DNA from: a virus
Lineage: Duplodnaviria > Caudoviricetes
Direction: 5' to 3' (one strand)
Length of the DNA: 39,823 nucleotides
IMG/VR virus record: IMGVR_UViG_3300024246_000011
Span: 1-39,823 of that record
The notes beneath the pieces are model-generated. The model was given only the letters and a program-made list of their open reading frames with translations. It had not been told where the DNA came from and made no database searches. This document shows, piece after piece, positions 1 to 6,576 of this stretch (the stretch's first letter is position 1; the number at the start of each line of letters is the position of its first letter). A program made the translations under genes and the position numbers.

Positions 1-1
1 C

Positions 2-175
2 GGGGCGGGTGGCGGCGGGGGAGGCGGCGGGGGAGCCATCTGTATCATCTACAAGAGCAGCGGGAGCACCACCGGAACGATCACTGTGACCGGCGGATCG
101 GGTGGCGCACTTCAAGGAGCGGGAGCGACCGGGGGCACCGGTGCAACAGGTCTGACCTACCTTTACGGACTGTGA
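2..175 (+). CDS. 3' end of glycine-rich tail fibre-like protein (partial)
   Basis: Open frame from base 2: GAGGGGGGGGGAICIIYKSSGSTTGTITVTGGSGG...LTYLYGL, TGA at 173-175; pattern typical of phage Gly-rich domains. Confidence 0.7.
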   Translation, partial: GAGGGGGGGGGAICIIYKSSGSTTGTITVTGGSGGALQGAGATGGTGATGLTYLYGL

Positions 176-183
176 GGAAAAAC

Positions 184-2814
184 ATGAAGACACTTGCACT
201 GCTGCTTCTGGTACTGGTTCTTACCCCGGCCACAGTCGCGGCTTGGCCGGTGAACGCCCAGCTGATCCAAGGCACCTATGTCACGACGACCCGGCCGACA
301 AATCTTCAAATCATGCAGTTCAGCTCCGCCACGAACCAGCTGATTTATGTGGATCCATCCTCCCTCTCTACCTCCATCCTCACCGACATCAACGGTGGCC
401 CGGGTGCCAGCACGACGAAGCTGATCAACACGGCTGGCACGAACATGACGCTCAGCCACACACACGTCGCTGGCGTCGAAACGGTGACCTACAACTCCCC
501 GGCCTTCGGAGCTGTAGCCTCTCTGGGGGCATCGAACAGCAACGGGGTGGCGAGCACGGTGGCTCGCTCCGACCACGTGCACAAAGGTGTCCAGCAGCTA
601 CTCGCCGGCGCCGGGATCGGACTCACCGGGACGACCGTCAATCCCACCGTCACGAACAGCGGCGTCACCAGCATCATTGCCGGGACGAACGTCACGGTGG
701 ACCACTCGACCGGGGACGTGACGGTCAATGCGAGCGGCGGCGGAGGCGGCAGCGGGAACGTCTACACGGCGGGGCTGACGGTGAACACCCTCCCCGTGGC
801 TACCGGGAACACGACGCTGACGGACTCCGGGATCAGCGACGATGGTACCACCGTGAACGTCAGTGACACGACCGGCCTGAATATCATCACCATAATCGAC
901 CGCTCCACGGGGAACGCAGAGTTCTTTCACGGCATAGGTATCGCTCCCTCTGACGTGAAGATTCAAGGCGGCGGTGGCGTGTCCACGGTTCTCGCGGAGG
1001 GAGCTACCGGCGGGGCCGCCGCGACGGAGGCGTTCATCGAGGCAGAAGATACCGCATTCAGTGAACTACAGCTCGGTCCGGGCATCCCCGCGGTTTATCA
1101 AGTGCAAGTGCTCAGCGCCAGCAATGGAGGAACCGTTCAAAACTATACTAAGGCCGTTGACCACGATGGGTCTTCTTTCGTCCAGATCGACAGTGACATC
1201 GGCACGCCGTTCAAGGTAGATACGACAGGTCTATTGAGCCTCCGCGGCGATCCTTCTGTCTCGGAGATGCGCGCGAACTCGAACTCTCAGTTTTACAATC
1301 AGGTCGACTCGACGAATGGTGGCACCGGCCAGACTGTAACTCAGGACGATTCGCACGCTTCGTACACATGGTCGCTGTCGGACGCGAGCCATTCGTTTCA
1401 GGAAACTAGCTCACCGGAACACGCTGGACTAGGCTACCTCAAGCTGAATAGCGACCTAGTAACCGTTTTCACCGTCGGCACCGATGGCGCCATACACCTG
1501 GGCGATGCGGTTAACACGCCCGGAAAAGTCGTTATGTTATCGCCGGAACACGTGGGTAGCTCGTACATTGACATGGAATCCGACATCGGCACGCCGTTCA
1601 TTGTGAGCACGCAAGGCACCGCAACGCTGGCCGGGGCGGATGGCTGGGGAACCCTGACGCTCTCACCGAACTACGACGGGCCAGTTAACTACACGAACAA
1701 TCAAACAAACCCTCACTCCTTCGCCATTGAGGATGCAACTGGCCATCTCCGTACCACCTGGACATATCGGAACCAATTGACCGCGGCGCAAAGCTATATC
1801 CAATGCGAGCAGGACGATACCAGCGGCGGCAATGGAACCTATGCGGAGCTGATCGTGTGGGGAAATGAGAACGGGGACGCTGCGAATGAGACGGGTATCT
1901 TCCTCCAGTCTGGATTTAACGCGGACGTGTGGACCGTGCTAGGGGACGGCAACGAAACGCTTACAATGATAGGCTTCGCCGCACACACCTGGCGCGACGG
2001 CCCGCTGAATGTGGAGATCGGGCGCATCGAAGATGATTTCGGTACCCCCCAAGTGACATACACCGCGAACGAACACGCGGGCTTCGGGTACGTCAAGCTG
2101 TCCACCGACTCAGGGAACGCGTTTACGGTAGACAGTTCGTCACTGGCGCAGCTCGGGCCAAACAATGCAGCTACGCTCAGCGGAGCCGACAGCGATGCAT
2201 ACCTGAACGTCTTCGCGCTAGACAACGACGGGACGAGCAAGATAGCCATCAACATGCTGGACAGCCCATTTGCTACCGGGCATATCAGCATGTCTTCTGA
2301 CGGGATTCTAGATCTACTGGAACCGACGTATAGCACAACGCCGTCCCTAGTTCAGATCACCGTCCGCGCACACGGTGGCGTTGCCAACTTCGTTTCAGAC
2401 TCGACCGGATACGTTAGCGTCGGAGGTGTGGACAGTGGCGCGCCTGGAGGCGGCAGTGATGGCAACGGGATCGTAAACATCCAGGCTTCCAGCGGCACGA
2501 CCAACACGACGAACACATACCTCACCATCAACAGCGATGCGTTCAAGGCAGATGGGAACGGGCTCGTCAAACTCGCTGCGCTCACAGGAGCAAACGCTGG
2601 CTCGTTCGGTATCACCGTCGCCGGATCCCCGCAAACCGTCACGATGGCGCACCCGCAGCCGAACACGAGTTATGTCGTCGTCTTCTCGTCGGCAGACGCG
2701 AACCTTGGTGTGCCAACGGATCTGCGCGTCACCACCAAGACGACGACGACCTTCACCGTGAAGTATACGGTTTCCGGAAACGATACGCTGAACTACACCG
2801 TCATCGGATACTGA
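184..2814 (+). CDS. Tail fibre / adhesin-like protein with N-terminal signal-peptide-like sequence
   Basis: GAGGA RBS then ATG at 184; Thr/Gly/Ser-rich, GVTSIIAGTNVTV and VARSDHVH fibre-type motifs, internal repeats; starts MKTLALLLLVLVLTPATVAA. Confidence 0.7.
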   Translation: MKTLALLLLVLVLTPATVAAWPVNAQLIQGTYVTTTRPTNLQIMQFSSATNQLIYVDPSSLSTSILTDINGGPGASTTKLINTAGTNMTLSHTHVAGVETVTYNSPAFGAVASLGASNSNGVASTVARSDHVHKGVQQLLAGAGIGLTGTTVNPTVTNSGVTSIIAGTNVTVDHSTGDVTVNASGGGGGSGNVYTAGLTVNTLPVATGNTTLTDSGISDDGTTVNVSDTTGLNIITIIDRSTGNAEFFHGIGIAPSDVKIQGGGGVSTVLAEGATGGAAATEAFIEAEDTAFSELQLGPGIPAVYQVQVLSASNGGTVQNYTKAVDHDGSSFVQIDSDIGTPFKVDTTGLLSLRGDPSVSEMRANSNSQFYNQVDSTNGGTGQTVTQDDSHASYTWSLSDASHSFQETSSPEHAGLGYLKLNSDLVTVFTVGTDGAIHLGDAVNTPGKVVMLSPEHVGSSYIDMESDIGTPFIVSTQGTATLAGADGWGTLTLSPNYDGPVNYTNNQTNPHSFAIEDATGHLRTTWTYRNQLTAAQSYIQCEQDDTSGGNGTYAELIVWGNENGDAANETGIFLQSGFNADVWTVLGDGNETLTMIGFAAHTWRDGPLNVEIGRIEDDFGTPQVTYTANEHAGFGYVKLSTDSGNAFTVDSSSLAQLGPNNAATLSGADSDAYLNVFALDNDGTSKIAINMLDSPFATGHISMSSDGILDLLEPTYSTTPSLVQITVRAHGGVANFVSDSTGYVSVGGVDSGAPGGGSDGNGIVNIQASSGTTNTTNTYLTINSDAFKADGNGLVKLAALTGANAGSFGITVAGSPQTVTMAHPQPNTSYVVVFSSADANLGVPTDLRVTTKTTTTFTVKYTVSGNDTLNYTVIGY

Positions 2815-2827
2815 CAGGAGGACTCCA

Positions 2828-3199
2828 ATGCGCTCTCTCGCACTCGTGTTCGCACTCGCCCTGACCGTGCCCTCGTTCGCCCAGCCCACGGCCGACCCGA
2901 AGCTCCGGGTCGCGATGCAGAAAGCCCAGGTTCTACAGCAGCTCGACCGCGTGCTCCAGCAGAAGCTCCAGGCGGACGAGCAGATCCAGCGCATGCTCAG
3001 CGCGCCCAACTCGCCCGTCACCTCGGAGGACGTGGCCGCGGAGGAGTTGGTGGTGCAGGGCCGGATGCTGGAGATGGAGCAGAAGGCCATCGAGCGGCAG
3101 CAGGCCGCAGTGAAGGCGTCGGCGGCCCGGCTGGAGCTGCGCAAGACGGCGCTGGCGAACGGTGCCGCCCCGGTGGTGCGGGCCTCCCCCAGCCGCTGA
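2828..3199 (+). CDS. Hypothetical exported coiled-coil protein
   Basis: AGGAGG RBS; MRSLALVFALALTVPSFA signal-peptide-like start; Gln/Ala-rich helical body. Confidence 0.75.
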   Translation: MRSLALVFALALTVPSFAQPTADPKLRVAMQKAQVLQQLDRVLQQKLQADEQIQRMLSAPNSPVTSEDVAAEELVVQGRMLEMEQKAIERQQAAVKASAARLELRKTALANGAAPVVRASPSR

Positions 3200-3202
3200 C
3201 CA

Positions 3203-3544
3203 GTGGCCCGGCGCCGACGAAAACGTGGTATGCCAAACCGGCCGACCGATCCCGCACAACCCGTTGGATGGGACGACCTCTCCGACGAGCAGCGGGCCCG
3301 GCGGAAAGCAGACAACCGTCTCACGCTTCAGATCGAAGAACTTCGATCAGAGATGGGAGGGATGAGGACGGAGATACATTCCCTTGGGGTGCAGATGGCG
3401 GCCTTGGCGGGCAGTGTGAAACTGGGCGTGCGGCTCGTCGGGGTACTGATGCTCATGAAGCTGATTGAGTTCGTGCGGGACACGGATACGCTGGTGAAAG
3501 TGATAACCACCATAGGGAAAATCGTGAAAGGGATATTCTCGTGA
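3203..3544 (+). CDS. Holin-like membrane protein (coiled coil plus C-terminal hydrophobic helix); start uncertain
   Basis: Directly upstream of endolysin with GTGA overlap; hydrophobic LGVRLVGVLMLMKLIEFV. Confidence 0.55.
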   Translation: MARRRRKRGMPNRPTDPAQPVGWDDLSDEQRARRKADNRLTLQIEELRSEMGGMRTEIHSLGVQMAALAGSVKLGVRLVGVLMLMKLIEFVRDTDTLVKVITTIGKIVKGIFS

Positions 3545-4149
3545 GCCTCCGCTATGCAGACCTGAAAGCAGAGTACCAGCACCTGTGGGACTCCATGATC
3601 ATCCGGGGCGAGAAGATTCCCCTGGTGGACCACATAGTCGACAAGCTCGCGATGCATGCGGACAGCTACCGCCGTGTTGCGAAGGTCTACGAGATGCCCT
3701 GGTCGGTGGTGGCCGCCATCCACTCGCTGGAGGCCGGCGGGAACTTCGGGTGCCACCTGCACAACGGCGACCCGCTCTCCCACCGCACGGTGCACGTCCC
3801 CAAGGGCAGGCCGGCGGACGGCAACCCGCCGTTCTCGTGGGAGGATAGCGCCGTGGATGCGCTGGACATCGAGATCCCGGAGGATTGGGATGACTGGTCG
3901 ATCCCCGGGTGCCTGTACCGGCTGGAGGCTTACAACGGCTGGGGGTACCGGATCCACCACCCGAACATTTTGAGCCCGTACCTCTGGAGCTTCTCGAACC
4001 TGTATGGACCACCGGCTCCCGGGGGCAAGTTCGTGGAGGATGGGAAGTTCGATTTCAACGCCGTCTCCAGTCAGTGCGGGGCCGCGGTGATCCTCCGGCG
4101 GATGATCGGAAGGAAGGTCACCGACCTGAAGCCGGAGCCGGGGGAGTGA
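3541..4149 (+). CDS. Endolysin, lysozyme-family protein (COG5526-like)
   Basis: Motifs PWSVVAAIHSLEAG, HLHNGDPL, VPKGRP, LEAYNGWGY, SPYLWS, GKFVEDG, SSQCGAA. Confidence 0.85.
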   Translation: MSLRYADLKAEYQHLWDSMIIRGEKIPLVDHIVDKLAMHADSYRRVAKVYEMPWSVVAAIHSLEAGGNFGCHLHNGDPLSHRTVHVPKGRPADGNPPFSWEDSAVDALDIEIPEDWDDWSIPGCLYRLEAYNGWGYRIHHPNILSPYLWSFSNLYGPPAPGGKFVEDGKFDFNAVSSQCGAAVILRRMIGRKVTDLKPEPGE

Positions 4150-4640
4150 CTCTTCCTGCCGCCCTCGCAGCCTGGATTGCGCTCCACCCGTACCTCGTTG
4201 CGTTCGGGTGGTTCGCGTACTCCTGGCTGGAGTGGTGGCTGGGCCGCACTCCTTCTACTCCCGTGTCTTCGTTCTGGGGCGGGGTCTTCGGCCTCGCCCA
4301 TGCGATACGCATGAAACTAACCGGCCAACCGGCCAAGGAGATCATCATGGGATCCGGATCCAACACTGTCAGCGTGAACGTGAACAAGGCCACCGCGGAC
4401 ATCCTGTCCCTGCTCAACGACATCGTGTCCAAGATCGCGGCCGGCGCCAAGCCGCAGGACGTGGCAGCCGCCGAGCTGGGCCAGCTGCTCGCGGTCTTCA
4501 ACGAGGTGGGCAGCCTGCCCGCCGACGCCAAGGCCGATCCGGAAGCCGTCGAGAACGCGGTCGCGCTGGGGCTCATCCAGCTCGGCAAGACCCTGCGCAC
4601 CACGATCCTGACCCCGAAGGCCCCTGCCCCGGGGAAGTAA
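4146..4640 (+). CDS. Hypothetical membrane-anchored protein (possible second in-frame start at 4347)
   Basis: GTG overlaps endolysin stop; Trp-rich hydrophobic N-terminus; internal AAGGAG-ATG at 4347. Confidence 0.65.
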   Translation: MTLPAALAAWIALHPYLVAFGWFAYSWLEWWLGRTPSTPVSSFWGGVFGLAHAIRMKLTGQPAKEIIMGSGSNTVSVNVNKATADILSLLNDIVSKIAAGAKPQDVAAAELGQLLAVFNEVGSLPADAKADPEAVENAVALGLIQLGKTLRTTILTPKAPAPGK

Positions 4641-4672
4641 GCCAGCAGCTCCTTGAAGTCGCCCGCGCCCTG

Positions 4673-4996
4673 GTGCTCCACGAGGTGCCATACCTCGCCC
4701 GGGCAGCGGGTGAGTGGCTGGCATTCTACTGGCAACTCGATCCGCGGCAATGGCAGGACGCGCAAATGCAGAGGAACGAGACAGACATCCTGCAAATCCT
4801 CCTCGCGGCCATGTGCGCTCCGGTGGTACGGTGGCCTCTCGTGTATCAGGACCTGAGTATGATGTACGCCCGGCTGCAACGGTTCCGCACAGCCCGGGGA
4901 AAGGTAGCTCTCGATGTCACGCTGGATAACTGGCTGGACGCTGTCAGCCTTGTACTTCGCCGTCTCATCATGGCCCGCGCTCGCGGAGAGATCTAG
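4673..4996 (+). CDS. Hypothetical protein, start uncertain
   Basis: Protein-like helical sequence filling the gap after 4640; no clear RBS or start (GTG 4673 assumed). Confidence 0.4.
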   Translation: MLHEVPYLARAAGEWLAFYWQLDPRQWQDAQMQRNETDILQILLAAMCAPVVRWPLVYQDLSMMYARLQRFRTARGKVALDVTLDNWLDAVSLVLRRLIMARARGEI

Positions 4997-5258
4997 CCTC
5001 CCGTTCCAGCTGGATACGGTGGGCACCGTGCTTCCCTTCGAGCCGGACCTGTGCCTGGGCGTCGGGCTCGTCTACCGGGACACGCCGCGGTACCGGGCCC
5101 GCGTGGACTTCGTGGAGCATCGCTTGGGGTGGACGCCCTACGCGCTGAAGGTGCCGCTCACCGAAGCCATCGAGATATCCGTGGGGCCTACCGCATGGTG
5201 GAAGATCAACACGAAAGAATTCGAGGCCGGTCTGACTTTTGGAAGGATCCTCTTCTGA
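4914..5258 (+). CDS. Hypothetical exported beta-rich protein ending in Phe
   Basis: GGAAAGG RBS; signal-like N-terminus ending PALA; C-terminus EAGLTFGRILF; TGATG coupling to next gene. Confidence 0.6.
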   Translation: MSRWITGWTLSALYFAVSSWPALAERSSLPFQLDTVGTVLPFEPDLCLGVGLVYRDTPRYRARVDFVEHRLGWTPYALKVPLTEAIEISVGPTAWWKINTKEFEAGLTFGRILF

Positions 5259-6028
5259 TGCTCATCCCCCGCAATCAGGGCCCTCGCCGGTATGGCTGGC
5301 GCCGGGATCTGCCCGACCGCCGGGACTATCGCCACGTGGCGGCCCGGGCGCAGCAGCTCCCGCCCGTCGTAGACCTCCGCCCCTCCTGCCCTCCGGTCTA
5401 CGATCAGGGCAACCTGGGGAGCTGCACCGCCAACGCCATCGGCGGCGCCATCGAGTTCGATCTATTGCGGCAGGGCTCCACCGTTTACACGCCCTCCCGG
5501 CTCTTCATCTACTACGGGGAGCGTGTCATCGAGAACGATGTGAGGCAGGACGGCGGCGCGCAGATCCGGGACGGTCTGAAGGTGGTAGCCAAACTGGGGG
5601 CGCCGCCCGAGAGCCTCTGGCCCTACGTCGTCAAGCTCTTCGCCCGGAAGCCACCGCCGGCCGCTTATGCTGCCGGTCTGAAGGACCGGGCCCGGGTCTA
5701 CTCCCGCGTCGAGCAGACGGAGGCCGGCATCTGTGAGTGCCTCGCGGAGAAGTTCCCGGTGGTCTTCGGGTTCACCTGCTACGAGTCCCTGGAGAGCCCG
5801 ACCGTCGCCCGCACGGGCTACCTGCCGATGCCGTCGCCCCACGAGCAGTCCATCGGGGGCCACGCGGTGCTCATCGTCGGATACGACGCTACCAAGCGGC
5901 TCTTCCTGGTACGAAACTCGTGGGGGATCCATTGGGGGCTGGCCGGGTACTTCTGGATGCCCTTCGGTTACGTTCTGGATCCGGGGCTCGCTGATGATTT
6001 CTGGACGATCCGAACCATGGGCGCGTGA
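5258..6028 (+). CDS. Papain-like cysteine peptidase (C1 family)
   Basis: VDLR...DQGNLGSCTANA (catalytic Cys), GGHAVLIVGYD (His), VRNSWG (Asn); ATG overlaps upstream TGA. Confidence 0.93.
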   Translation: MLIPRNQGPRRYGWRRDLPDRRDYRHVAARAQQLPPVVDLRPSCPPVYDQGNLGSCTANAIGGAIEFDLLRQGSTVYTPSRLFIYYGERVIENDVRQDGGAQIRDGLKVVAKLGAPPESLWPYVVKLFARKPPPAAYAAGLKDRARVYSRVEQTEAGICECLAEKFPVVFGFTCYESLESPTVARTGYLPMPSPHEQSIGGHAVLIVGYDATKRLFLVRNSWGIHWGLAGYFWMPFGYVLDPGLADDFWTIRTMGA

Positions 6029-6088
6029 CCTGGAGGTGATCCCGGTTCACTCCATGTAGTGTGGTACTCAACCAATGAGGGGGAAGAC

Positions 6089-6352
6089 ATGATCAAGAAG
6101 AAACTGCGGCAGAAGCCGGCGAAGATCAAGGCGCACAATCCGGAGATCGGGAACTCGGTCCTCTACCACAAGGGGGCACGGGTGCTGCCGGCGCTGGTGA
6201 CCAGTGAGAACGAAGACGGGACGCTGAACCTCGTCGCCTTCGACGACTCGCCAGAGAACCCGACCCCGATCTTCGTGCGGAACGTGCTAGCCGAAGCGGA
6301 CCTCCCGGAACAGGAGGATGAGAGCGCCCCCGCCGACTGCTGGAGCCGGTGA
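6089..6352 (+). CDS. Small hypothetical protein
   Basis: GAGGGGG RBS, ATG 6089; PEIGNSVLY...PALVT...LNLVAF pattern seen in small phage beta proteins. Confidence 0.7.
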   Translation: MIKKKLRQKPAKIKAHNPEIGNSVLYHKGARVLPALVTSENEDGTLNLVAFDDSPENPTPIFVRNVLAEADLPEQEDESAPADCWSR

Positions 6353-6409
6353 GGGCGGCCCGGGCAACGCCCCGGGTTCGCCGAACAGGAGAATGATTCC
6401 GAGCTATGA

Positions 6410-6440
6410 CCCGGGGACCGCTCCCCGGGGCTTTTTATTT
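6410..6440 (+). terminator. Rho-independent terminator of the + strand late/lysis transcript
   Basis: CCCGGGGA-ccgc-TCCCCGGG stem followed by CTTTTTATTT. Confidence 0.8.
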
Positions 6441-6477
6441 CGGGGTTCGGACGAGCACCGGGGAACTCTTTCCGGGG

Positions 6478-6515
6478 AAAAGAAAGGGCCCCCGGGAGTG
6501 ATGATCCGGGGGCCC
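6478..6515 (-). terminator. Rho-independent terminator on - strand
   Basis: GGGCCCCCGG...CCGGGGGCCC 10-bp stem followed on - strand by TTTCTTTT. Confidence 0.85.
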
Positions 6516-6541
6516 AGCACGAACCTTGGAGTCCCTATGGA
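6478..6541 (-). ncRNA. Candidate ~63-nt small RNA
   Basis: Lies between a sigma70-type promoter (6547-6576) and a terminator; no ORF; first 10 nt complementary to the polymerase start region. Confidence 0.4.
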
Positions 6542-6546
6542 GTCTC

Positions 6547-6576
6547 AGGGTACCATCCCAGGGTTCCACCTGTCAA
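6547..6576 (-). promoter_or_regulatory. Sigma70-type promoter immediately after primase stop codon
   Basis: TTGACA-18 bp-TACCCT with extended -10 TG. Confidence 0.55.

Noticed and set aside
6353-6409. Hairpin and AGGAG-ATG after the last + strand gene (possible tRNA or ORF)
   Set aside because: No cloverleaf; the ORF would run through both terminators
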